From Laetmonice hystrix (taxonomy: Eukaryota): a stretch of DNA of 64,000 nucleotides. The stretch lies in assembly GCA_965235115.1 (NCBI GenBank), contig OZ249436.1, forward strand, positions 24,058,001 through 24,122,000. The letters run 5' to 3'. Made by a program: the position numbers and the translations under genes. The notes under the pieces are model-generated. The model saw only the letters and a program-made list of their open reading frames with translations. It was not told the DNA's origin and ran no database searches. This document shows positions 26,158-38,895 of this stretch, in pieces. The first letter of the stretch is position 1, and each line of letters opens with the position of its first letter.

Positions 26158-26482
26158 TCATTATCAAATTCTTCTCTCCTACTACCGTATTAATAGAGAC
26201 TGGTGTTTCATGCCATTTACATAACAGAGTACAAAACATAAACACACGATTTACACAAACTATCACAAAGCACGTCTGCTGGGCGACCAACAAATACACC
26301 TCCGATAGACACATAAAACACATAGTGGAGGGCTTGCTTTAGCAATTGACAAGGAAGGTATGCCCTCACCGGCCACGTAGGCCTAACATGGAGAAACCCC
26401 TAGTATTGTTATAATACACCTTTTCTGAACTGGCGTCATAAAAGAAGCAAAAGAAAAAGGGGCCGGGAAAAGGATAATCAAT

Positions 26483-27345
26483 GGTAATGCCAGGAGCCGG
26501 GTGGTCAGGCAAGTGTGACCGATGACAGCGGCCTGAGACCGGCCAGGTCAGTGAAACATAAACAACCCGAGATCGGCAGTCAGGTAAAGCTCCATCTACT
26601 GGAACTCTTAAGGATATACACTCGGGTACCTCAGTTAGTATAAAACAATCTAGCACAATATATCAAGCCCATTTCTTCGAAAATATCTGGAATGAGCATA
26701 TTTTTTTCCTACATTTGAGATTTAGATATCGAAAGTTCGAGACGGGCGGATGTCTGCGTAACAGTCATGAACTGCACTCGTATAAAGTGAGAGGGTTGTT
26801 TTATCAAGAGCTTCAGTTGAGGTAATGTCAGAAGCCGCGTGGTCAGGAAGGTGTGACCCACATTTCTCACACTAGTAGACTGCTGCATAACAGCGACCTG
26901 AGACCGGTCAGGTCAATGAAACATAAACAACCCGAGATCGCCAGTCAGGTAAAGCTCCATCTACTGGAACTCTTAAGGGTATACACTCAGGTAACTCAGT
27001 TAGTATAAAACAATCTAGCACAATTAATGTAACAAGCACATTTCCTCAAAAATATCTGGAATGAGCATGCACCACTCCTACATTTGAGATTTAGATATCG
27101 AAAGTTCAAGACGGGCGGATGTCTGCGTAGCAGTCATGAACTGCACTCGTATAAAAGTTAGAGGGTTGTTTTATCAAGAGCTTCAGTTGAGGTAATGTCA
27201 GGAGCCGGGTGGTCAGGAAGGTGTGACCCACATTTCTCACACTAGTAGACTGCTGCATAACAGCGACCTGAGACCGGTCAGGTCAATGAAACATTGACCC
27301 CAGAACTTGTCTATAAACAACCCGAGATCGGCAGTCAGGTAAAGC
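26483..27345. repeat. Tandem 340-370-bp units (x about 2.5) upstream of L1 ORF2
   Basis: GGTAATG(C/T)CAG recurs at 26483, 26821 and 27191 with colinear downstream sequence. Confidence 0.85.
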
Positions 27346-30300
27346 GAGTGTGGCGGTTTCACGATTCTGTTAACACATACTATGAGTAGACAGCTGTGAA
27401 ATTCTCCCTAATGTAGAAAAATGAATAAAACTAGCTGCAGTATCCGCAAAGTGCGATGAATCTGCCGTCTAAGTAAATAACACATAAATAAATAAACAAA
27501 TAAATAAATAAGTAAGTAAGTAACAAATCTATAAAATGATAGTGGGACTATTATGGCCCATCCGCCGATCGTGTGAAAAGGGTGCAAAACACAGCCGGCT
27601 GCGAATCCCGGGGTCTCGGAATCTAAGTGTGTCATTTTCAGTGACCGCATTAAGAATTGGCCATTTCTTTTTACAAAATACCAACCAAAGCTACATAAAC
27701 AGGTAGGGGACCTTTGGGGCAATGTCGGAGAACCGCAATGCAGACATATTTTTGCTGAAACACGACGTATTATTTGAAATTCGTGACATATTACCTTTAA
27801 TCATTGTGTCGAGGCGCACGATTCAATTTTATATAACTTAATGGCCTCAGGTTAGATAACTTGATCTTTATTTTAAAATGCAAGTGTTTACTGGCAAAGG
27901 TAATTTCTTATCCAATTGTTTTTAACACTCTTAGTCATTGTCGAGACTTGCACTGATGTATTATTTGTTGATATTTAAATATATACTGAAAGTTAAAAAT
28001 AAAAGAACGTTTCTTTTCATTTCAGTCTCATATACTGTATACCACAATATACTGCAGCAACACAAACCTCCCACTAAGTCCCTTACTTTAAATTTGGATG
28101 TGGGTGAAGTTCTAATTTTTGCGGGACTGATCTGAAATATGCAGCTTCCATTCATATTTTCCGGGCCGACTATATCGAGGAAGTACATAACATAATAACC
28201 TAGATCTTTGGGAATCGAAGCAAAAAGGCAGGCAGCTACCAAAAGAGGGAGTCCTTTTTTACATTTGTCGTGAAAGTTTTTCACATATGTAGTAAAATAT
28301 TTTTTTCACATTTAGCGTATTTCGTATTAACGGGGGGCTTAATGTATGTATAAAACCTCTTAGGTACGCCGTAGACACACTGAAAAATGATAACCCTGGA
28401 GTCAGCTGGGGGTCTTAAGCCACCTGAAGCAAAGTTTTAGACAGAGAGTCGGATTTTCACATCTGACGTAAAAGTTTTTCACATATGTAGTAAAATATTT
28501 TTTCACATTTAGCGTAATTTATTTTTACATTTGACGGAAGGTAGTTTTTACATATGCGGTAGATTTTTTCACATTTGACGGACGTTTTCACATTTGTCGT
28601 AAATATTTGTTACATATGACGGCGTTTTTACATTTACCAGAATTTTTACATTTGAGGGTGCAACAGATGTCATTTACTCAGAATTGTAACATTTACACGA
28701 TAGGCTGGAAATCGTGTGTGCCGTCACAAATAGTAGTAGTAGTAGCTCAAAATAAATATACATGCACATTCAGTTTAGAATATACACATTACAAATGGTG
28801 ATTGCTTCGAGATAGAATCTACATGAACAAACCTCCAATGATATTCAAATACCTTTCTTTATTCATTACTCAGTGAGTCTCACTCACCATAGTTGAAGAG
28901 TTAGCTGCAGACTGTGAGTCTGATGCCAATGATAGGGATTGTACGTCCTCTGGCCCCATCTGGACTTCCAGCTCTGTGAGAATTGACTCTAACTCACCCT
29001 GCAGATGGAAACAAGATAGTAACAAAACTTTAAACAATGTCTTTTAATCACGTATCGAATGTGTCTACAGTGAGGCACCTCAAATTGGGACCCAAAAACT
29101 TAGTTTTTGATACCTCAGTTGATTAAAAATATGCTCGCGGTGTGCATAGTTGGTCGATCGGGACAGGAATAGTGGCAAATGAAAGTAGAGATTCCAGGCT
29201 GTGAGCTAGTATAGAAATTAGACAGATACATATCGTTTTCATTTCTTTCAAGCTTTGTAAACCATGAAAATGTTTTATGAAGAGTTCCAAAAATTTCTAA
29301 GTATTGCATATGAGCTAAAACGATCGAAAAAATAGATTTAGCCTTGATTTCAGTTGATTTTGGTAAATGGTTTGATTTCGGTATTGTCACACCGGGTGAG
29401 TACTGTACTATATAATTATTGGCTTTGCCGTATTGTGTGGGGGCGCTGACTGGAAACCCTGCTAACCATGTATGATTATGTAGTATTGTATTGACACTAT
29501 TCTATTGTAGATCAAAACTAAATGTAGGCCTATGATGCAGCCAACAAAGAAAGACCTGTGCATCATGTATATTAGTTTTACGTCTCCGACTCGAGCAAAC
29601 ACAGTGACAGAAGCTTTAGTGACAGTTAGGCCAGTAAATTAGACCGTAGGCCTACTCGGTGGCCCAGACACTGATATCTAGACATTCAGACTCTGCCAGT
29701 TTCTTGCCGTCTTGGTCTTGCTTGTCGTAATGACAGTCAGTCAGTAACATGCCGCCCATCAGGCCCAATAACGTATGGATTGAAAACCAGTTTACTGGTA
29801 GTCAACAATGCATTGCTAACGAGAATCAGAGGGAAAATCTATCCTACCTTCCACAAATCCGTCGAACACGCCATGTTTCTGAGCGGTGATGTGTCATAGC
29901 AGTACTGTTGATGCTGCTTGCTGGCAACCGGGACGACATTCAGTCAAGCAGACAGCCGGAAGTAAAGATCGCGACTCACGCCAGGACGGAAGCTTTCAGC
30001 ATTGGGTCAATGACAGTCTCGCATGAGTTGGCATTCCAGTGCTTCTCGAGTTCTATGTATAAAGGCAGGACCGCTCTTCCCGACTGGTACATTTGGCCAG
30101 TGGTACCGTACATTCCAACTATAATTCATTCCATTAATGCTCTTTGACTCAACTCAGTCATGAGCTGTGTGGAAACTGGCTGTCAGCGTGTGGTAATTAC
30201 TTCTCAACACTTCTCTCAATACTGGCCTTACACTACAGTCAAGTTTACAAAGAATGTACCATAACCTACCAGGTCTTGTAATATTATTGTGTGTCTATAC

Positions 30301-30421
30301 TCTTTCTCTGTAAGTCTGTGACTGTGTGTACATGCTGTGTTTCTTGTGTCTGTACTCTTGCGTACTATATGTATATTAAAATGTATCATGTGACTACTTT
30401 AGCCAGCAGATTAGACATCAG

Positions 30422-30574
30422 GGGCCCGTTTTACTAAAGAGTCGAAAATAACGACGTCGAAAATTTAACATAGAAATGAATGGGTTGCTAGGTCGAAAAT
30501 AACGACCTAGCAGCCATTCACTTCTATGTTAAATTTTCGACGTCGTTATTTTCGACCTTTAGTAAAACCGGCCC
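30422..30574. mobile_element. Palindromic Harbinger-like MITE, abutting a second GGCCC-ended element (about 30577-31233)
   Basis: Near-perfect 153-bp palindrome GGGCCCGTTTTACTAAAG...CTTTAGTAAAACCGGCCC flanked by CAG and CTG. Confidence 0.7.
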
Positions 30575-31540
30575 CTGGGCCCGTTTTTGTTGTTGTTTAC
30601 TTCTTACCGTGAGCTGAGATGTGGTGAACTGAGCAGCATTTTACTGCTCACGTGAGCAGTGCTCACCGTGAGCAGCTATTTGGGTTTTTTGTTTAATCTG
30701 AGCAGCTGCTGAAGTGCTCTGATGAGTGCTTGAGCAGCGTAACTAAGGAACTCTTCTGTCTATAAGGTGAGGAAGAGAGTACTTCCATGAATACAGTTGA
30801 TTCCCAAAGCTACCACTACGCTACACTGGCACTGCACTGGCGCTGCACTGCTGCGCTCGCTCCATGGAGCCGGGCTTCCCATGCCACGGTTGCAGGACAG
30901 ACTCGGCAGATATTCCACCTCCCATCTTAACCAATAAAACCTTTTGTACACATCTAGATAGATCTAGAGGTTACTAGAATATAAACTAGACTGAAGTTAA
31001 ACAGACCCCCCCCCCCCCAAAAAAAAAACACAAAAAAAAAACAGGGAAGATCGATTGTGATAACTTTTGCTCACAGGAGCCTGAGCATCCTCCATTAGCT
31101 GTCTTAAGTCTCACGGAAATTTCATGAGCAAATCTCAGCGCTGTGCTCAGCCTGAGTAAGCTCACGAAAATGCTGCTCAGCTGACCAAAAGTGCAGCTTA
31201 GCTCACCAAAAGTGAACAAAAAAAAATTGGCCCAGGACCCACTTCTGATTTAACTGGGCCCTGACGTCTCCAAATGGAACTAAACATGTTACCACGGATG
31301 AGACTGTTACTTAAAGTTGTGCAAGTTGGAGACATTTAGTTCTTCAAATTAAGAGAACAGACAATTTCCAAAATGAATCCCTTGCAACCTACATGTTTAC
31401 CAGTTTTAGTCAGTTCCAATTGAGGTTGGTTTGCATGAGTTTACGAACTAGGTCTGGGTGTATGTGGGGTGTGCATGTGTGTAGGTGAAAGCAAGAGGAT
31501 TAGGGACTATAATAATACCAAATATGCAAGGTTAGCCTAC

Positions 31541-31595
31541 CTTTCACTTGGAGCCAGCCAATGTCTTTAAAGCTCTTAAAAGAGTTCATCAGACC
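31541..31595 (-). CDS. MCTP: MCTP exon, C2B-C2C linker and start of C2C
   Basis: tttcag/gtaggc boundaries; 55 nt encoding GLMNSFKSFKDIGWLQVK plus 1 nt; phases join both neighbouring exons. Confidence 0.85.
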
Positions 31596-32516
31596 CTGAA
31601 ACATGATAGTTCAGAATTTTTCCTGTGTGCGTAGCTTGGTGATGAGAAATGCTTACAATACTGTTCATAGGTACACTCAATCTTTAATTTAGGAGAAAGA
31701 CAATGGAAGTTCATCTTTCACAACCACTTTATTTACATAATGATGAATTTTGCTTGCCTTGAGCAAATAAGACCAGGGCCCGGTTCCTAAAATCAAACCT
31801 GAGCACGTACTTAAAGGGAGGGTAAACACACACTGCAAATAAAGTTTTGTAGACCAAATGGAACACCAGCATTTACCTCAGCTCAGGGCAATAAATACCA
31901 CAATTAGGTTGTCTAAATGAAGTAATTAACGTGTAACTGCCCGATGTGTGACCCTGCTGGTTCTGACCTTGACCTGCTTGTGTGTTCATCAGAGCCGAAT
32001 GCTGCACACCACGGCATATTGCATAACATTACGTGTTACTCTGCTCACAGACCTTGTCTATGCGATGTTTGGAGTCCCAACGTTTGTAAACGTCCGAGGT
32101 GATGAATACACAAGCAGAGCAAGGATAGAACCTTGTATCTGTAACACATCATCAACAAGACCCTGTCGGAGTCACAGCCCCCAACTGAGTAGGGACTAAT
32201 TATCTGTGGGTCCAGGAACTATGCATCCATTTTTAATGATATGTTTAACCTGTGTCCTCCTGAGACTGTCCCTGGTTATTATGTAATGTTTCATGCAAGA
32301 TTAGATGTTGTTATCTTCAACTGGTTTGGAGGTACAGGCCATTAAAAATAAGCATGACCTTGATTGACCTTTCAAGGTCGCTCAAAGTCATGAAAAATGT
32401 CGCCAAATGAAACATCATATATGACTTCTTATCTGTAACTATTGCGTTATCTTGCACCGTTTTCGAGATATGAGCCATTCCTTTGACACCATTATCTTTT
32501 AGGTTAGGTGACCTAT

Positions 32517-33237
32517 TGTTGCGGCTAGGCTTCGCTGCCGCTGGACATTTAATATAGTTGGCCTCCCCCGTATATATGTGTATAATCTATATGTCATTAC
32601 TGTAAACCTTATCATCTCTGTATGTTAGTATAGCTGAATACTTGTTCCCGTTTATATTCCCTTAAGGATGGGCGGCTTGGATGTTATCTATATATTTAAT
32701 CATGTAGTTGCTGGAGTATTGGGTTCCCTTAAGTCGGATGCGGGTACGGGCTGGATCCGGGGATGCTCGGGCCGTCACCTCCCAAGTTGTATAACGGTTG
32801 TATCGATACCGTTGTCATGGGGAGATGACACCGGCACGTACCCAGCATCTTCCGTCCGTGTTGGCCTCCATGGCGGACCCCCAGCTGGGCGGGCGGTGTC
32901 ACTAGTGTTTAGTATATATAGGGGCACCGAATATTCACTACTTCACCTATTCTCTCATCTGGACTTATAGACTTATTCCCTTATGGACGACTTCACTTAT
33001 TGACTTAGTCACTTAGTAATCAGCCGTCTTGTCAGTCTTGTCAGTTAGCATGAGGTTCAGCCTCTAGGCTAGTAGAGTATCCCCGATACTCTATATCATG
33101 TATCATGTCGTCTGAAAATACAGTTATCATCACCGCCAGCCGTCGTTGACTTATCTTCACTGGGGTACATGGTACGGTAAGTCCCCCCGTCTCCCTCCTA
33201 CCTACGACCGCCGCCTCTCCAGGGTGGGTCCACAACA
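32517..33237 (+). mobile_element. Solo LTR of the env-bearing Gypsy family, 4-bp TSD CTAT
   Basis: Colinear with 2677-3508 apart from a missing block of about 140 bp; CTAT at 32513-32516 and 33238-33241. Confidence 0.92.
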
Positions 33238-34315
33238 CTATGATGTCATAACCATGTCATCATAAGTCGTCACGGGTGCAAGATAGTACCATAGTTATCC
33301 CTACTCAGAACATGTTGGAATGGGACACCCCGGGGATGGGATCCATTGTGGTAATCTAGTTAATTAATCAACTTCAATGTGTAGTCTCCTCGACAGGTTT
33401 CAACTTTTGTCCTTTTATAGGGGATCAATGGTTTACAATGTCAATTAAATGTAACCTACAGGCAGTGTTTGCACGGTAGTTACATGTTCGTTATTTACGC
33501 AAATAAGTATATAAATGTTACACCTAACTTTGCCCCCTCCCCGAGTATGTTTACTTCCGTTGCTATGGGGGACACGGTCACCACTTCCAAATTGGCGCGC
33601 CTCGCACACGGAGGTCTTTTCTCTTTGGAATGCTTGGTAAATGCTCCCGCTGTGGTGTTTCACATGGCCAGCCCTTTGGATCCAGGTGCAAACGAGCTAT
33701 GGCAATCATCGAAGGGTATGATCGTTCAAGTCCAGAATATTTAAAATATTTAGAGGACGTGTATGCCAGGGCGGACATTATATCGCAACATTATGCAGAG
33801 GAAATGGCCACTCTTAGGGAACAACTGGCTACCGATCAAACGACCGCAACAACGCCTTTGGGTCCAACTGGCAAGCCAAGTCCGAGTCCTGATTTCGCTC
33901 CTGTCCTACAATCGGTACAGGAACGTCTTGCAAAGTTGCCAGCTTCTAACCAAGCATCATCATGGCAGCAGGCGGTCAGGGTGCCCCTCCACCACAGGTA
34001 GCACCAAGCGTGTCGGACCTGTTGACCGCCCCCTTGACCAAGGCCTTGAGCAAGCTGGCCGTCCTTGACCAAGTAGATGCAAGTAAATATAGACCGGAGT
34101 CTTATGCTCAAAAGTCTCTCCCCTTCAAAAAGCGGGAATATGCCAAAATGGATATGTTGGATTTATTTTACGGTTGGACCTGTGTTGCTGATCACTTGTG
34201 CGAGTCAGGTGAGGATATCCAGTCGTTCCTCAAACATATTAAGTTTACCACCGAGATCCTCCACTCACGGAAATTCTATGATGCGGGAGCAGTGGAGTAC
34301 AATTGTTATGTTGTA

Positions 34316-34527
34316 TAGTCTGTTCGCTCTAAGAAGAGCTCGACCTCGGCCTCATTAAAGCTGTTAGTTCATTTGGGGTAATACAGAACCACGTGAAATT
34401 TGGTCATATTCTTGAATGACAGGCGGTGATGACTTGTGATAGGCCAGCTGTGGGTAGACGGGAGGAGGGGGGCAGGTCAGAGCTTTAATGAGGCCGAGGT
34501 CGAGCTCTTCTTAGAGCGAACAGACTA
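34316..34527. mobile_element. MITE with about 47-bp TIRs and TA TSD, inserted in the DIRS gag
   Basis: TAGTCTGTTCGCTCTAAGAAGAGCTCGACCTCGGCCTCATTAAAGCT and its inverse; excision restores ...YVVDKVIEGG... Confidence 0.88.
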
Positions 34528-35771
34528 TAGACAAAGTGATTGAAGGAGGGTCGTCATCCTTTTCTCCCGATCCTTTGGGAGTTTCGCTACACTTTACACC
34601 CAATGTTATTCCAAGCGACGTGGACGTCAGCCATGGGGCCTCACTGCACCGTGCCTATATGACGTCAGGAACCTCCTCTGGTTCATCCATGCCAAGGAAA
34701 CCCCAATGGGGGAAACCTTTTGTTTCTGGGCCTAGACGTCAAGATGAAACACCGTCTGATTTTCCGCCGGACCTGTGTTTCCAGTACAACTATCGATCCT
34801 GTGCTAGAGAAGATTGTCCTAAACTCCATCTGTGCCGCAAGTGCAGAGGCAAACATCAGGCTGATGGTTGTAAAGAGAAACTGAGGGCATGATATACTTC
34901 CCGACACCATGGGCCACCCCCAGACTTCGCTTTCCACAAGAACAGTTCCCAACATGACGTCGGCTTACCCATGTCCGAGCATGTTGCTGATAGTGACACA
35001 ACTGATGAACATTCCAGAGTCGAGAAGCAATTCTCCAACACCTCACACACTTTGGTTCCGGCAAGCAGTAACCTGCATCCAACTGCATGTGATAACTTCC
35101 CAGTATTTATCGATGGTGACGACCATGTCTATAGATACACATGTACTGAGGATGGTCATGAGTGTGGCTTTACCGAGGTTCGCCTCGCTAACGACATGTT
35201 GGAGTCTGATATCAGTGTTCATACCTTTGACAATTTACTACGTGATTGTGAGTCTAATGTAGGTTGGGTACCCAACTGATAATAACCATGAGTCAATATG
35301 TTCCAATGGTTATGTTGATGTGGACAGTTGTGTCGACTACTCCCTTCCTCATGATATTTGTTATGATTCCATACATGGTTTCCACAGATATTCAAATTAT
35401 GCGACGGTATCCCAGTTCCAAGGTCTCCGATGTTTTAAGAATAGGATCTTTGATCACTATCTTGAAAACCTAAATACTTTGGCCTGTGGTCTGGCAATGA
35501 TTGACAAGCAGGCTATTTCAACGTGGACATTGTGCCTTCGGGAGTGGAGGATCTCAACCCTGCTCATGTGCATTGGTTCAATGTCAACGTGCCTATGGAC
35601 ACTGAACTTGAGCATCACATAACATTAGTACCCTGGAACTAATCCTAGTCTGGCTCGCAACCAAGCATTGGGCTCACACTTGGTCCAACCTACACGTTTT
35701 TGTGCTCAACACCGCCTGCAAATCGTACCAGCTTCTGACCACAATGTTGTTACAGTACATTTGACAATTAT

Positions 35772-37431
35772 TTGTCGGCGATAATTTCACTACATAAATA
35801 CTTTGGTGCAGACCAATCCTTCAGGGCTTCCTATTTGGTGCAATTGGTCATGAAAGGATTGGCAAGGACTCTGGGTAAAGAAGTAACTCAGAAAATGGGA
35901 TTAACCCCTAATCAGCTATTAATGATGTACCATTCCTTGAATCTTTCTGATGTCAATGTGATTACTCAGTGGACAGCACTAATGTTTTCATTCCGCACCT
36001 TACTGCGTAAGTCAAATATTGTACCCGACAACCCAAACAAGTTGGAATCGGTAGTAAAACGATGTGATATAAAATTCACCAACCAGGGTATTATGGTTCT
36101 TGTGCGCCAGTCCAAAACTATCCAAAACAAGGAAAAGACTTTGGAAATTCCAGTGAACTTCATTAAGAGTAACTGTTTCTGTGCTGCATCAATGGTTTTG
36201 ATACATTGCCACAGGTGCCCTCAACCACAAGACAGTTCTCTTTTATACTTAGTGTCAAAGGGATCTTGGAGACCCCTACTTTACAGGGATTTGTTACGTT
36301 TTTTGAAAGAGTCTGTGAAACTAATAGACCTGGGGCCTGTTTCTCGAAGGTGTCGTAAGTTCAACACTTACGCAAGGATTTACGCAAGGCATTACGAATG
36401 GCATAAGTCATGGCGTAAGATGGTTTCTCGAGAGGTACTTACGCAAGACCTAACCTGAGGACTTGGGCATAACAGGGTACTGTAATGACACACTAGATGG
36501 CGTCAAAAAGAGGTCAAATAAGTGCGTTTCCATGGCAATCTATTGTCATTGAAATAGCTTCACCAGTTCGAAGTGGCCAACACATGAGAGGGAGGTCTGA
36601 GGACAGGGGATAGAGGTGTATAAAAATCAGTCACGCGGTGGTGCATATAATCTTTCTGGGGGTAAATCAGAGGTACACATTAGAAATGAATATAAGAAAA
36701 TTGTCTCTGACATAAGATGTTTGTCCATTATTTTGAACAAGAGTAGCCCATAGTGAGACTATAGGGTATGATAGTGCATTCAAATGATACAAATTCATTA
36801 ATATGGTACCAAATGTCGTTATCAGTAAAGCGATAAGTTTATATCTCTCTCATTTTCCTGTTCTATAGTTTATGTTCGATTACGTCAGATTCATGAAAAT
36901 AATGTTCATCGTTTTTCAGTGTAGCAAGCCAAATGATGCTACATTGAGGAAAATCAAAGTAAAATCAAGTTTACTGCTAGCACGTTTCTACCCATAATTT
37001 GGACTTATATTGAGTATACATGTCTTTTAACCTGCCCAATGTTTTCCTGCTTCACTGGTCAATGGTCACTTTCCACAAACCACTCAGAATCGGTTGCGTA
37101 CATCACCTCGCTGGTCGTCGTAACTTTAGACCTGATTTACGCAACGGCGCAAAGTTGCGCAGCCGTCGAGAAACACCAGAGACAGGATACGCATGGCGTA
37201 ACTCATACGACACTTTCGAGAAACAGGCCCCTGGATCCCAAATTTGTGGGCCTACACTCTATGAGGAGAAGCAGAGCAGGTTTTCTCCACGCTTTAGGTA
37301 TGCCCCTTGTGGATATCATGACAGTAGGGGACTGGCAGTCTCTGGCCGCATTGTCATACCTTGTCACTCCTATCAGTCGCAAAAGACAGATTGAATCCTT
37401 GGTAGGATCTGAACTGGACAAACTGCTATAA
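35772..37431 (+). pseudogene. Tyrosine recombinase of the DIRS-like element, split by a MITE
   Basis: Removing 36333-37230 plus one CTG gives ...LKESVKLIDLDPKFVGLHSMRRSRAGFLHALG...GDWQSLAALSYL in one frame. Confidence 0.85.
36333..37230. mobile_element. Harbinger-like non-autonomous element, CTG TSD
   Basis: GGGCCTGTTTCTCGAA / TTCGAGAAACAGGCCC with CTG at 36330-36332 and 37231-37233. Confidence 0.88.
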
Positions 37432-37680
37432 CATAATATATAATGGGCATTGGGCGGGCATTTGCCTGCCACTCTGTGTCGCCAAATGATGATGCTGTTG
37501 TGTTACTAATTAGTGTTATATTTATAGGCAGTGGGAGGTGGAACTTGGATTAGTGGGCCAAGGTGTTTCTGTCCACCTACAGCACCCTTTGGTGTAAAAG
37601 ACGGGGGGGGGGGGGGTAATAGCTGTCAAAATCGCCAAAATACTATCTTATCGACTAGAAAATATGGTATTCACACTCAC

Positions 37681-37867
37681 ATGTTTGCATACAATTGCCT
37701 CCCTCTCCCGAGGGTTAGGTAGGTAATTGCCCAGGTCAGATATAGATTCTCCTCCTGAAGTTCCACTGATGCTAAGAAGGAGGCATATGATTCCTGCACC
37801 ATCCTCGAGGGCAGTCTCCAGGTTGTACGTTTTTTCCCTCTCTAACTGTGACAGGTCGATTGTTGCC
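37681..37867 (-). CDS. MCTP: MCTP exon, end of second C2 domain (C2B) and linker
   Basis: ctccag/gtgagt boundaries; encodes (R)ATIDLSQLEREKTYNLETALEDGAGIICLLLSISGTSGGESISDLGNYLPNPREREAIVCKH, which I recognise as similar to MCTP1/2. Confidence 0.9.
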
Positions 37868-37959
37868 CTGGAGAATAAAGCCATTCATTCAGTTAGCTAC
37901 ACCGTCACTTGTTAGCATAAGACAACAAAATTTGGATGCAATACATATGCTATTTCTAC

Positions 37960-38260
37960 GGGCATCAATACCAGTGAACTGAGCGAACTGAGATCGATTA
38001 GTTGTGCTACAAGCCAGTGACTTCAGATATGACGTCACTGCCTATTTAAACAACAATTTTGGGATTAAACTAACACTAACCCTAGGCCTAACCTTTACCC
38101 TAACCCAAACACACTGTTACGTTTAGGAATTAGTCAAACTAATTTAGGTCGGCTGTTTCCGTGTTGGTGTCAATAGCCAGTCCCTATGGGGAACCCCCCC
38201 AGGCATAACTAGACGATCTCAGTTCCCTCAGTTCGTTCAGTTCGCTGTTTATTGATGCCC
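37960..38260. mobile_element. MITE with 9-bp TSD (Mutator-like)
   Basis: GGGCATCAATA / TATTGATGCCC; TATTTCTAC at 37951-37959 and 38261-38269; internal CCTAACC motifs. Confidence 0.8.
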
Positions 38261-38389
38261 TATTTCTACACCCTGGTCCATGGTGCTACTGAGCTGCAGC
38301 CTGCTACTGGCACTAATGACCCCGTCACACTATTGCATTTGAGAGAAACGTATGAGTTGCGTATAAAAATCCACAAAATAATTTTCATA

Positions 38390-38895
38390 TTGCTCGCGTA
38401 TCCCCTGCCTATGACTGCCGTATGACAGGCGTATGAGTAGCGTATCGCGTGCGTATGACTGGCGTATGACCAGCGTATGTCAGGCATATGAGTAGCGTAT
38501 CTCGTGCGTATGTCCAGCATATGTCTAGCGTATGAGTACCGTATGAGTAGCATATATCCTGCATATGGCCAGCGCATGACCAGCGTATGTCCAGCCTATG
38601 AGTAGGGTATGAGTAGCGCATCTCCTGTGTATACGGTAATTGTACATTAGATACGTTACTCAATCGTCAGGCATACACCAAGACACGTTACTCAATCATC
38701 AGGCATATGCCAAGATGTCTAGATACGTTACGGATACGTCAGATATCCGTGAAATTACGTTACTCGTGCGCTATCAATACGCTGGCTGCATGGTACACCT
38801 TCATGCCAGCGTATATCACCGTATGATCAGCATACTTGACCTATGAATAACGTACCTCTAGCGTACCTCTCGCGTATACCTAGCGTATATTTTGT
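38390..38895. repeat. Degenerate short-period (GCGTATG-like) repeat region
   Basis: Repeated GCGTATGA/GCGTATGT/GCATATG motifs at roughly 11-13 bp spacing; probably transposon subterminal sequence. Confidence 0.55.

Larger units (their letters stand above)
22221..27362 (-). mobile_element. L1/Tx1-clade LINE insertion with poly(A) tail and 15-bp TSD
   Basis: GATTCTGTTAACACA at 22206-22220 and 27363-27377; poly(T) on + strand at 22221-22264. Confidence 0.92.
21390..28671. mobile_element. Foldback-like element: about 340-bp inverted repeats built from short AAATGT(A/G)AAAA subunits, enclosing the L1/Tx1 element
   Basis: 21390-21735 is the reverse complement of about 28335-28671 (GACATCTGTCGCACCCTCAAATGTAAAAATT vs AATTTTTACATTTGAGGGTGCAACAGATGTC). 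No TSD identified. Confidence 0.65.
33630..37434 (+). mobile_element. DIRS/Ngaro-type tyrosine-recombinase retrotransposon, internally deleted and interrupted
   Basis: Gag-like pieces (33630, 33962, 34536) end in CFQYNYRSC...CPKLHLCRKCRGKH; tyrosine recombinase motifs FRTLLRKSNI, SKT and HSMRRS...GDWQS...Y; no RT YxDD core found. Termini not determined. Confidence 0.8.
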
